Below are positions 50,571 to 62,439 of a stretch of DNA of 64,000 nt, piece after piece. The position numbers and the translations under genes are program-made. The DNA lies in contig OZ360239.1 in the NCBI GenBank assembly GCA_977017645.1, positions 68,076,001 through 68,140,000 of the forward strand, read 5' to 3'. Position 1 is the stretch's first letter; each line of letters begins with the position of its first letter. The notes under the pieces were generated by a model. That model searched no databases, had not been told where the DNA came from, and saw nothing but the letters and a program-made list of their open reading frames with translations. The DNA is from Torpedo marmorata. Lineage: Eukaryota.

Positions 50571-51819
50571 CTGTCACAAAGTCTGTTGACAGTGATGACA
50601 AGTTGATGACATGTATTCGTGTCATATCGCACAAGCCCATCCAAGTTTTGCTTCTAAATTAACTTATACCACTACGTATTGTTGAGTGTGCATATAGCAA
50701 TGTTCAGAATTGCAAAGGACTTCAATTTACAGAATGGCTTCATAACACGACACATTACGCTCCGTACAAGCAATGTACACCGTGAGTTTTCTACTATCTG
50801 AGGGTGTTGAAAAGTTTTGCCATTAAGGATTCCATGCAACCATAATGCAAGCAGCCCAGAGTTGTACCTCTTGTTTAGGTGCATTCTGGGTCATTGACTT
50901 TGTGAAAGTGCACATACCACCACAGTGAAATGCAATTACAAATCTTATTGCATCAAATGGCACCACTAATGCAATCAGTATCACATCCGGCCTTTGCCTC
51001 CAAAGGTAGTATTTGGAAAAAAAAAAGATTTTTTGTGATTTCTTTCTTATCTACCAGGTAAAAAGCTCAGGCTTATAGCAATGAATACCAAAGATCAAAG
51101 GAACAGAAAGAACATAGGGAGGCAAATGAAGATTACCCTGACAAATTCTGGGACAGGCCTTGGGTTCTGGAATAGGCTACAGGCTTTAGGTGATGTGACT
51201 ACTGGGACAGAGCAGGGGAAAGGGAAGGAAGGACATTTGGGCTTTGGGAAGCACTGAAGTCAAGAGGCATCAAGAGAAAAAAGGATGACAAAATGGGATG
51301 AGAAGGAGATCGGTAAAGCAGGTTGGTGGAGGAGCAGCGAGGGCAAGAATCCAAGAGAATGAGATAGGAGAAAGAGTTAGCTGCTGCAGATCAACCATCC
51401 ATGGTTTTGACAGCAATGATGTCCTTAATCTACCAGCAGACAGATTAAAGGAAAAGGCCAGGGTGGAGGACTGAGGGACAGGGGCTGATAAAAAGAAATA
51501 AGTGTGCGCGTGCGTGCGCGTGCATGATAGGACTTGGAATACCTTGCCATTGGACTAACTACTCTCTGACAAAACCACAGGATGACCAGTCTGCCACATC
51601 TATCCCATGTTAAAGGAAATCACACAAAGTCAGCTACCAATAGAAGCAAGTCATCTTCAATCCAAGAGTATTACCCAAAAAGAACTACACATATATTGTA
51701 AATTATGAGATATCATTTGGGGAAAGTAGACAAGAGTTCAAATAGAAAACAAAAATTATGTACTGGTGTCGCTACATTAGGTACACGAGGCAAAGGAAGA
51801 AAGGCTGGAAAGTGGTAAA

Positions 51820-52145
51820 ATCAGGTGGCAGAGCAGCTCAACTAGTAAAGCTGCTGACTCATAGCACCAGAAATACAGGTTCAATCCTGAGCTTGGGGCT
51901 CTCTGTGTGGAATTTGCATGACTATGTGGGTTTTCTCTTGGTGTAGCTCCAGGTTCCTCCCTCATCACAAAGACATAAAGACTGGGAGGTTAATTGGCCA
52001 TTGTAAATTGTCCTGGTGTGTAGGTGAAATTGAGAGAATAAACAAATGGGATTAACATAGGTTTAGTATAAATGGGTGGTTGATGGTCAGCATGGGATCA
52101 ATGGACCAAAGGATCAGTTTCCGTGCTGTATCTCTCTATCACTCT
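51820..52145 (+). mobile_element. Older V-SINE-like element
   Basis: GGTGGCAGAGCAGCTCA head, GGTTCAATCC B box, TGTGTGGAATTTGCATG..GTGGGTTTTCTC core, CR1-like tail CCGTGCTGTATCTCT. Confidence 0.65.
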
Positions 52146-52612
52146 TTAACTACCTAGTTAAATTTCCATTTGTTATACAAATGAAGGGAGCTGCATGGAG
52201 CCACAGGAAAGCATAGGCCAATGCTGGAGCAATTCAGTAGTCACATATAAGTTAATTTTTAGAAAATGGATGAACTAAATTAGCAGGAATGTGGGAGCCT
52301 GTAAGCAGTTGCAGAAGGCAAAGGCAAAATTAGATGCCAAAAGTTGGGAGTTAGCAAAGTATGGAAAGAAGAGGAACAATTTTAGAAAATTGAGGAAACA
52401 AAGTTAGATGGAAAAATAAACCAGATTTAGCAGCGTATTACAGTATACGCTATAGTACAAGGAATCAAGGAAATAAAGGCTTTGAAATGTAAGCAGAAAA
52501 TGACTTGGTGGGGCATCTGTAATTTCATTTAAAGGGGGGGTAGAGATGCAGCTCAAATGACAGCTTTGGTTTGTAGTGTTCAGATGAGAGTAAAATGGGA
52601 CTGCAAATCTTC

Positions 52613-54108
52613 CAGAATCAGAATTTATTGTCAAGAACAAGTCATGAAATTTGGTGTTTTGCGGCAGCATCATAGTGCAATTAACATTCATATTAACCAT
52701 CTTACGACATTACTATACAAAATTATAAACAATAGTGCACGAAAAGTAAGGCAGTGTCTTTGGTTCATTGATTATTCATGAATCTGATGGCAGCGGGGAA
52801 GAAGCTGTCCTTGTGCCGTTGAGTGCTCGTCTTTAGGCTCCTGTACCTTTTTCCCGATGGAAGCAGAGTGAAGAGGGCATGGCCTGGGTGGTGGGGGTCT
52901 TTGAGGATAGAGGCTGCTTTTTTAAGACACCGACTCATGTAGATGTCCTCGATGGAGTGAAGTTTGGTGCCTGTGATGTCACAGGCCGAGTTAACAACCC
53001 TCTGGAGTTTACTCTTGTCCTGGGAGTTGACGCCTCCATACCAGGCAGTGATGCAACCAGCCAGAATGCTCTCCACGGTACACCTGTAGAAGTTTACGAG
53101 AGTCTTCGGTGACATACCGAATCTCCGCAAACACCTCACAAAGTATAGCCGCTGACGAGCCTTCTTTGTGATTGCATCAACGTGGATGCTCCAGGACAGA
53201 TCCTCGGAGATGTTGACACCCAGGAATTTGAAGTTCTTGACCCTCTCCACTACTGAGCCCTCGATGAGGACTGGGTCGTGTTCCCCTGACTTCCTCCTGA
53301 AGTCCACAATCATCTCCTTGGTTTTGCTGACGTTGAGCTCAAGGTTGTTGTCATTACACCATTCAACGAGTTGATCTATCTCCCTCATTGCCGTTTGTGA
53401 TTCTGCCGACAACTGTGGTGTCATCGGCAAACTTGTAGATAGCATTGGAATTGTGCCTGGCCACACAGTCATGGGTGTATAACGAGTAGAGCAGTGGACT
53501 AAGCACGCATCCTTGGGGTGCGCCTGTGTTGATAATCAGTGAGGAGGAGACGTTGTTTCCAATTCGTACTGACTGTGGTCTTCCGATGAGAAAGTCAAGG
53601 ATCCAGTTGCAGAGGGGGGTACAGAGGCCCAGAGTTTATAGCTTCTTGACCAGCACTGAGGGAATAATGGTATTGAAGGCCGAGCTGTAGTTGATGAAGA
53701 GCAGCCGTATGTATGAATTGCTGTTTTCGAGGTGGTCCAGAGCTGAGTGGAGAGCCAGCGATATTGCATCTGCTGTGGAGCGATTGTGACGATAGGCGAA
53801 TTGCAGTGGGTCCAGATCTTTGCTTAGGTATGTGTTAATTCTGGCCATGACCAGCCTCTCAAAGCATTTCATCACAGTAGAAGTTAGTGCTACTGGGCGG
53901 TAGTCGTTGAGGCAGCCCACACTACTCTTCTTGGGTACCGGGATGATTGATGCCCTTTTGAAGCAGGTGGGAACCTCTGACTGCTGCAATGAGAGGTTGA
54001 AAATGTCCGTGAACACTCCGGCTAGTTGGTTGGCGCAGATTTTCAGTACCCTGCCAGGTACGCCATCAGGGCCTGATGCCTTGCGAGGGTTCACCCTCTT
54101 GAATGATG
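52613..54108 (-). mobile_element. Rex1/Babar LINE, 5'-truncated
   Basis: Near-identical to 48833-50570, with a 14-bp deletion near 53386 and one premature stop. Confidence 0.94.
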
Positions 54109-54511
54109 TCCAAATCCCTTAGCAGGCTAAGCAAACCAACCAGTAGCCTCTACCAATTCTGCGTTGGTTAAGAAATCAATTACAACTGGGGAGATCAACA
54201 AATGAAATCATGTGGATTGAGCAGAAGAAAACAGAATGGGTAATCAGGTTGTTAGAAGTGTACTTTCAACCCGCTTAACAGTCAGATTGAGATAGCAAAC
54301 AGGCAGATTTCTCTCACGCTACGCACATGTTTCATCAAACACCCCCCTCCCCCACCAGAGTCAGCGTGTGCCGATCTCTCCTTGGCCTCTTAGCCATCTC
54401 AGCACCCACAGAACTGAAGTGGAAGCAAATTATTCTCAACTTAAGGGACTGCTCGAGAATGAAGAAAAATATACTGGCAGATTTACCGGGAAATGCAATT
54501 GAACAGATATA

Positions 54512-55248
54512 CCATATATTTCGGCGTATAAGACGACCCTTGAAGCACCCAAAAAACCCGCCAAAAACAGGGGTCGACTTATAGGCCAGATACAAAAACG
54601 TGACCATAAAATTCTGGCCGGAAAAGCGGACCAGTCCCGACCACCTCCCCACCAACACCGGTCCCGACACCTCCCCACCGCCACCTGTCCCAACACCTCC
54701 CCACTGCCGCCATAACCCACCCAGACATTTTACAATTGTAGAGCCTGAGGTCCCTGCTCCTGCCCGGGAGCCCGAGGTCCCCACTCCTGCCTGGGAACCG
54801 GTGCCCCCCAAAGCCGAAACGTAGCTGTGGTTCCTGCACCGAGCACACTTTGGCAGCGAGGCGACTTCTTCGATGCGGACGGCACCGCACCCGATGTTGA
54901 GAATGGAGTCGCCGTCTCCGGCTGCAGCCGATGCTGAAGACTTGGACCCAGCACCGTTTGGCATCTTCCCGGCCAGAAGCAAAGTTTTTTTTTACTGTTA
55001 TTGTAATCACTTGCTTGCTTAATTTAAAGATTTGTTACTTGGCGACTGGGGTGTTGTAACAAAGTTTGGGTTGTTGCTGGGAGGCCCGGACACCAGTCTC
55101 TGGCACGTTCCTTGCAACCGCTCTGAGGCGTCGAGCAGAAAATTGGCGGGTCGTCTTATACGCCCGATATATGATAAAACCATGAAATTCAGGCTGAAAA
55201 TGGGGACCCGTCTTATCTGAAGGTCGTCTTATACGTGGAAATATACGG
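54512..55248. mobile_element. Tc2/pogo-like MITE carrying a DMRT1-like exon fragment
   Basis: TA|CCATATATTTCGGCGTATAAGACGACC ... GGTCGTCTTATACGTGGAAATATACGG|TA; subterminal GTCGTCTTATA/GTCGACTTATA repeats; GC-rich interior. Confidence 0.88.
54795..54964 (-). pseudogene. Captured fragment of a DMRT1-like gene (start codon to first half of the DM domain)
   Basis: The minus strand gives MPNGAGSKSS..., then KKSPR / LPKCARCRNHSYVSAL / GHRF in three adjacent frames. Together these reproduce the DMRT1 motif KKSPRLPKCARCRNHGY(A/V)SPLKGHKRF with small deletions. Confidence 0.85.
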
Positions 55249-55419
55249 TAATCTGTTAGGCTGCAGAATGAGTGCTGAAATATGAACTAAGGTAAATAGC
55301 TCTATTTTTGCTTACTGAACCTTCTAATACTCGATGCATTTTCTCCTTATTTACTCAAGCACCTTACACTCAAGATATTCTCATTTTTTGCACTGTATGT
55401 GCAAGAACACCCTCAGCTC

Positions 55420-55745
55420 AACTAGTCTCTCCACATAACTGAAGGCACATAGCACTGGTTCCATTCCAGTAACTCTCCTATGCCTTGACATTCTTCCATA
55501 AGTATGCTGCTCTGTATTGGACATAATTCCAGCTGGATAGCATCTTTTATTATATATAGCCTTGCCTTATTCTCCCTGCAAACAAGTGTGCCCTTCTTCA
55601 CATTTCCTTTCACCATTCTACAAATTTTTATTCTCCTCACTTTTCTGAAATTTGTATCATCTGCAACCTTTGAAATTATGCAATGTATACCAAAGTCATT
55701 AATAATTTTCATAAAATGGAAGTGGTCCAAACCCAGGCCCTTGAA
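55420..55745 (-). mobile_element. Highly degenerate CR1 RT remnant
   Basis: ISKVADDT motif (cf. ISKFADDT) in ORF 55422-55730. Confidence 0.5.
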
Positions 55746-55909
55746 GGAAATTCTGAATGAGTTACTGCATTAATTTAAGTTAAACTAAAAAAAACTGTGA
55801 ATGCTGGAAATTTGAAATGAAATCAGAGAATCTTGGAAACACTCAACAGGTCATGTTATTACGCCTGTAGAAGCAGAAGCAGAGTTAACATTTCAATTAC
55901 AGAACAACA

Positions 55910-58840
55910 TCAATCTCAAAAGCTCCGACACGAATCATCAAATATTCCTGTTTAGAATTACTACAGCTCAAACCCACAGACACAAAAACCAACATACATG
56001 CAAGTAACGTTGTATTAATGATGTTGGTCGACCGAGTGATTGTCGGGAACAGCAAACTCCAGCGGACTGCGGGCGATTCAAACAGCCAGCTCAAGGGCCA
56101 TTTAAAGAAGAGCGGACCACGCGGATGTAGAGGGGGGCTAAAGGTTAAACTAAGACACCTGGCCAATGTACAATCTGTAGAAAATAAACTGGATGGACTC
56201 AGAGCCAGGTTACAGCAGCAAAGGGACATCAGGGATTGTTGTGTGATGTGCTTCATTGAGACATGGCTGAACGAGAGCATTCTGGATATAGTGCTACAGC
56301 CCGAGGGTTCCACCTTCCACGGGCATCAGGTAAAGGCAGAGGTGGCAGTGCTTGTTTCATTAGCAATTCATCGCGGTGCACAATCGTGATGGTTATGTCC
56401 CAGTTTTGCTCCCCTGACCTGGAAAATCTGGCCATCAAGTGTCGACCATTCTATCTGTCAAGGGAATTCTCCGCCATCATCCTGATTGCAGTGTACATTC
56501 CACCCCAGGCTAACATCAGGCTGGCACTGAAGGGGCTGCGCACTGTAATCAGCAGCCATGAGGCAGCACACCCTGATGCCTTCCCGGTCACTGTTGGGGA
56601 CTTCAACCAGGCCAACATGAGGAAGTCTCTGACAAACTATCACCAACATATTACCTGCGCAACCAGAGGAGCCAACACACTCGACCACTGCTACACCACC
56701 ATAAAGAACACCAACCGAGCCATCCCATGACCGCACTTTGGCAAGTCTAATCACCTGGCTGTACTTCTACTCCTGACATACAAGAAAAACTGAGGATGAC
56801 AGCACCAGTGGTGAAGACGGTGAAAGTATGGTCAAGGGAGGCAGAGGAGCACCTGTAGGACTATTTTGAATCGGTGGACTAGAACATATTCAAGGACTCA
56901 TCTACAAGCTTGAATGAATATGCCACTGCTGTCACCGACTTTATCTGGACCCGTGTGGATGAGGGTACTCACGGCGGCTGCCCACGCACACACACCGTGA
57001 GTACCCCAACCAAAAGCCGTGGATGAACCAAAGGATTCACAACCTGCTGAGGGTGAGGTCGATGGCATTTAAGACCGGTGATCCAGATCTCTACAGGAAG
57101 TCCAGGTATGACCTACGGAAGGCTATCTTAGCAGCAAAAGAGGCAATTCCGAGGGAAGCTAGAAACAGAGTCAGATACTCGCCAGCTATGGAAGGGCTTG
57201 CAGGCCATTACATCCTACAAGGCGAAGCCTAACATCATAAATGGCTGTGGCGCTTCATTCTATGATGAGCTGAACACTTTTTATGCTCGCTTTGAAAAGG
57301 ACAAATTCAACGGTACCAATGAGAATCCCTGCAGAAGCTAACGACCCTGTGATATCAGTCGCTGAGGCCAGCGTCAGAACATCCAGGTGTCAGGTGTCTG
57401 GCCATAATGGCGGGGTACTGAAAATCTGGCAGGATACTGGCAGGGTACTGAAAATCTGTGCCAACCAACTAACTGGAGTGTTCACTGACATTTTCAATCT
57501 CTCATTGCTGCAGTCGGAAGTTCTCACCAGCTTCAAAATGCCCAAGAGCAGAGTGAGCTGCCTCAATGACTATCACCCAGTAGCACTCACATCTACTGTG
57601 ATTAAATGCTTTGAGAGGTTGGTCATGGCCAGAATTAACTCGTACCCAAGAAAGGATCTGAACCCACTGCAATTTGCCTACTGTTACAATCGCTCCACAG
57701 CAGATGCAATATCACTGGCTCTCCACTCAGCTCTGGATCACCTAGACAAAGCAACTCATAAACTACAGCTCAGCTTTCAACACCATCCTACCCTCTGTGC
57801 TGGTCAACAAGCACCAAAACCTGGGCCACTCCACCCTCCTTTGCAACTGGATCCTTGACTTCCTCATCGGAAGACCACAGTCAGTGCGAATCGGTAACAA
57901 CGTCTCCTCCTCACTGACAATCAACACAGGCGCACCTCAAGGATGTGTGTTTCGCCCACTGCTCTACTCGCTCTAAACCCATGACTGACTGGGTAGGCAC
58001 AATTCCAATGCCATCTACAAATTTGCCAATAAACATAACGGTTGTTGGCAGAATCACAGATGGCAACAAAGAAGCGTACAGGAGGTATATAGATCAGCTA
58101 GTTCATTGGTTTAACAACAACAACCTTGCACTCAACATTAGCATAAACAAAGGAAGTGATTCTGGACTTCAGGAAGGGGAAATCAGGAAAACACAAGCCA
58201 GTCTTCATTGAGGGGTCAGCAGTGAAAAAGGTAAAGAACTTCAAATTCCTGGGTGTCTTCATCTCTGAAGATCTATCCTGGGGCCTTCATGTCGATACAA
58301 TCATGAAGAATGCTCGCCAGCGGCTATACTTCGTGAGGAGTTTATTTGGTGTGTCACCAAAGACTCTTGCAAAATTTTACAGATATACTGTGGAGAGCAT
58401 TCTGACTGGTTGCATCACTGTCTGATATGGAGGTGCCAATGTACAGGACAGGAATAGGCTACAGAGTTGCGAACTTAGCCAGTGCCATCATGGACATTAG
58501 TCTTCACTCCATTAAGGACATCTACAAGAGGCGGTGTCTCAAGAAAGTAGCCTCTATCATCAAGGACCCTCACCACCCAGGGAATGTTCTCTTCACACTG
58601 CTACCATCAGGAAAGAGATAAAGGAGCCTGAAGACGAACACCCAACAGTACAAAAAAAACAGCTTCTTCCCTCCACCATCAGATTTCTAGATGGACAATG
58701 AACCACAAACACTAACTCACTTTTTATCTTATTTTGCACTAATGTATTTATTTTTAAAAATGTAATTTTTGCACCTGTAATGCTGCCGCAAAACAACGAT
58801 TTTCAAGGCACATGTTCATGACAATAAATTCTGATTCTGA
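55910..58840 (+). mobile_element. Near full-length older Rex1/Babar LINE including the APE endonuclease
   Basis: LANVQSVENK, CFIETWL, VYIPP, GDFNQ, TLDHCY endonuclease motifs, then degenerate RT and a (TTCTGA)n tail. Many stops and frameshifts. Confidence 0.88.
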
Positions 58841-59150
58841 TGTTCTGTGTTTCCTTTACACAGATGCTGCCTGACCTGCTGAGCGCGTCCAGCATTTCTG
58901 CATTCATTGCATACTTTTCTCCAGTCTGAAAGTCAACCATATCTACATTCTATACACAAAGCACGTCACACAGCGTTCTTCAGAAGATAGATTACCAACG
59001 TTTCAGGCCTGAGCAGCTTGACGAAGGGCTCACACCCGAAACGTTGGTTATCTACCTTTGCTACAGAAAGAACATTGCGTGACCTTCTGAGTTTTTCCAG
59101 CACTTCTGTGTATAAAATTACAATCACAGCATCTGCAGACTTTCTTGTTT
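58841..59150. mobile_element. Penelope-like terminal repeat remnants
   Basis: CAGATGCTGCCTGACCTGCTGAG and TTGACGAAGGGCTCACACCCGAAACGTT motifs, plus the same CAATCACAGC.TCTGCAGACTTTC tail as 19458-19714. Confidence 0.6.
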
Positions 59151-59165
59151 AACTGCATACAGGTA

Positions 59166-59460
59166 CAGTTGTATCCCGCTTTACAAAACTAGAGCATTCC
59201 TACAGAACCTTTCGTAAGCCGAAATGACGTAAAGCAAAGAAGCGTTTACCATTGATTTCTATGGGAAAAATTTTTGAGCGTTCCCAGGCCCAAAAAATAA
59301 CCCACCAAATCATGCCAAATAACACATAAAACCTAAAATAACACTAACATATAGTAAAAGCAGGAATGATATGATAAATACACAGCCTATATAAAGCAGA
59401 AATAATGTATGTACGGTGTAGTTTCACTTACCAGAATCGGAAAGGCAGCGAGTTTTGACA
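59166..59460 (+). mobile_element. Tigger/pogo-like transposon left end (right end not found)
   Basis: TA|CAGTTGTATCCCGCTTTAC..TTCGTAAGCCGAAATGACGTAAAGC..CCATTGATTTCTATGGG subterminal pattern. Confidence 0.55.
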
Positions 59461-59462
59461 GC

Positions 59463-59612
59463 TCCGCCGGCCGCCGTGACCGCCCCACCGGCCGCGCGCT
59501 GACAGCCCTGCCGGCTGCCCTGTGACCGCCCCGCCGGCCGCCCTGTGACAGCCCCGCCGGCCGCCCTGTGACAGCCCCGCCGGCCGCCCTGTGACAGCCC
59601 CGCCGGCCGCCA
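59463..59612. repeat. GC-rich 23-bp minisatellite
   Basis: About six copies of GTGACAGCCCCGCCGGCCGCCCT. Confidence 0.9.
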
Positions 59613-59989
59613 GGTCCGAACCTCCAACACAATTAGGAACCCTTCAGTGCCCTCGGCACCCTCTCGCATCCCAGTTCCGATTACTAGTACTCCTTCAGCC
59701 AGTCTCGAGCCAGTCCAGCAGTTTGCAACCTGGTGTGATTCCTTGACCGCAGTCTCCAGCAGACTGCAGCCAGCATGGGTTCCTTGCCTCGAGTCGCCAA
59801 CAGCCCGCTGCCTGTGTGTTCCTCAGCCTCAGAGCCTCTCACTGGTCCACCACCATGGTCACCGTCCCGTCGGACGTCTCCTCTGCTTCTCCTCAAACAG
59901 GGCGGGGGGGGGGGGTGTTCTCCCCTTTTTCTGATGCCCTGCGCCAGTCCTCTACTTCCCCAGAGTCTGCAACCCCTCATGGCTGCTGC

Positions 59990-60420
59990 AGATCATAGGT
60001 GCTGCCATCTTGGGCCAAGGTCTCATTGTGATCTTGATTTAAGGGTTCAGTAGGAGAGGGTTGATGAGGAACCTTTTGTCTCACAGATGTTTAGCATGAT
60101 GTCCAGTCCCATATACTTTGCTGAAATTTCTCCAATCATTCAGAGCTCAACTTCCATGTTTGTAGACACATTCACATCGGCTGCATACTGTAATTCAACA
60201 GTTGGGTTTGAGCGATCATAATTCTGGAGTGGAAACAAATGATTTTGAATAATTTCCTGTCCTAAGCTTGTTGAAGGAGAGCTGAAGGATTGAGGCTCGG
60301 AAGTTTAAGGACAGCGGGTGCAATCAGACAATCTTGCAAGGCATTCATCTTAATTGGGATTGGGTACAGAATAGATCCATTCTTGAGGATCATTGTTAGC
60401 AGGTGAAAAATGGTAACACG
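59990..60420 (-). mobile_element. RTE-clade LINE RT remnant
   Basis: VTIFHLL..ILKNGS..PIPIK...QDCLIAP (cf. GVKQGCVIAP), ELQYAADV (cf. LQYADD), GL..LNI.ETK. Confidence 0.6.
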
Positions 60421-60639
60421 AGTACCCGTAATTCCCATCCACTGCATTTCTGATGTGATGAGGAGGGGGAGAGATGGGGAATTTTAGACATGGCAACAGG
60501 TAACCTCATCATGGCATGAAAATGAAATCCAAAACAAAAAACGAGCTCTGAAGGAACTTAGCAGGCCATGCAGCATCTGTGGAGCCAGAGATGGTCACTA
60601 TTTCTGGCTGAGACTTTGCATCAAGACTCCTTTCACAGA

Positions 60640-62235
60640 ATGGTGGTGATGCCGAAACTCCAATATCTTTTTCAATCTCTACCTATACCTTTGCCACAAA
60701 CGTTTTTCAAAACACTCAATAGATATGTAAGACAGTTTATTTGGAATGGCAAAGTTTCCAGAATCTCCATGGAAAAGATGATGTGGGGTTATAAACTGGG
60801 GATTTTAAGAAGTACTATTTAGCAGCCCAGTCGAGGTTTCTTCTATCCATTTTCGAGGAGGGTGATATCCCTCCATGGGTCCAAATTGGACTAAACGCTA
60901 TAGGGGAGAAAATAGCTAAGGACTTTGTTTACAAATGGAATACCAAGTTAATATCAAAAAGAACGAATAATCCCATTCTGAAACATATGGTTAAAATTTG
61001 GCAAGAACTTAATGACTGTATTGGAGGAAAAATTGGAATATCTCCCAAAATACCTCTGTTTCAAAACGAACTTATACCCATGAATTTGGGCAATAAAATA
61101 TGGAAAAATTGGTACCAAAAGGGGATTCATTATATTGAGGACTGCTATGACAATGAACAACTCATGTCCTGTGAATAACTTAGAGTTAAATATGATTTGT
61201 CCAATAGAACCTTTTACTGTTTTCTCCAATTAAGATCCTTCTTGCGAGAAAGGTGGGGCCCTACAATGACCCCACCTATAAGCAATGAGGTGGAGCAGAT
61301 ACTTCGACTGGGAAATTCACATCCAGAATGTACTTTGTCCTACAGAGTGAAAGCCCTAAGCCAGGTATACATAGATCGAGGGAGAGGTGGGAGTCGGACC
61401 TGGGTACAACAATTCAGGAACATTGCTGGTCAAACTAGTGTTGGCATAGTATGACGGCGGTTATTAATGCTAGATACAGACTGATCCAGTATAATTTCTT
61501 ACATCAATTATATCTTACACCACAAAAGTTACACAAATCAAAACCCGAAATATCGGAAATGTGTTTCAGATGTGGTGTAGAAATTGGAACCTTTCTGCAC
61601 TCCACCTGGTCCTGCGTAAAGGTACGCCCCTTTTGGCATGATATATCTAACACACTAACCAGAATTACGGGAGTAAACTTTCCGCTGGACCCTGAGTTGT
61701 ATCTTTTAGGAAATCTAATGGACATAAGCTACAAATTATCTAAATTTCAAATTCAATTTGTAAAAGTTGCTTTGTCCGTGGCAAAGAAATGTATAGCAAT
61801 AACTTGGAAGTCCGACTCCCCCCTTCTCATCACTCGATGGTCAACAGAAATGCACAGCTGTATTCCCATGGAGAAAATCACGTATAATATCAGGAACAAA
61901 TATAACATATTTGGTAAGGTGTGGCAACCATACCTGGAGTATATTGGGGCCCAGTTATAACTCAAACTCCAAGGTACAACATAATGCAATGTATAAAAAA
62001 TTAATGGTGTGACGTCCCCAAAAAGGTGGAAAAAGCAATGTAAGGACTGACGGTACGTTTAGTTTTCTTTTCTTTCTATTTATATGTTTTATTTTTGTTT
62101 TTTCTTTTTCAGTTGGGGGGGGAGGGAGGGGAAATTTAATAATAATGTTGTACATAATTGGAAATTGTATGATTGTGTTGATATTGTCAATTCCTTTTTG
62201 TGAAAAATGAAAAAATAAAATATTCAAAAAAAAAG
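60640..62235 (+). mobile_element. 5'-truncated L1 (divergent subfamily) inserted in a Penelope-like hairpin
   Basis: PKLQYLFQSLP and CFRCG..H.TW.C motifs, poly(A), and 17-bp TSD AAGACTCCTTTCACAGA (60623-60639, 62236-62252). Confidence 0.93.
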
Positions 62236-62439
62236 AAGACTCCTTTCACAGATGCTTCCTGAACTGCTGAAATCCTGAATTCCTGCAGTTTGTTTTTTTA
62301 TTGAGTCTAAAACTAATTTTTGGGTCAGATTTGGCAGTCTTTGCATAATCCCAGCTGGACAGCAGATCAACGAGTGAAAAGCAAAGTTTCTGGAGCATAG
62401 CAAAATTCAATGGCAAAAGACTCCTCACACAAATTTAAT

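Noticed and set aside
48992-50644. 550-aa ORF as an active or domesticated reverse transcriptase
   Set aside because: 5'-truncated with no endonuclease, the N-terminus comes from flanking DNA, and the catalytic FADD is FAGD; it is one of several near-identical copies.
50672-50884. ORF containing FQHPQ as the missing upstream IPMK exon (expected ILQHPDG..LKQLQPPPRG)
   Set aside because: Only three residues match and the QPPPRG motif is absent. I could not find the flanking IPMK exons, which probably lie outside the window.
54335-54982. 215-aa ORF as a functional DM-domain gene
   Set aside because: Only the first half of the DM domain is present, conserved residues are split across three frames, and the rest of the ORF reads through MITE repeats and out of the TIR.
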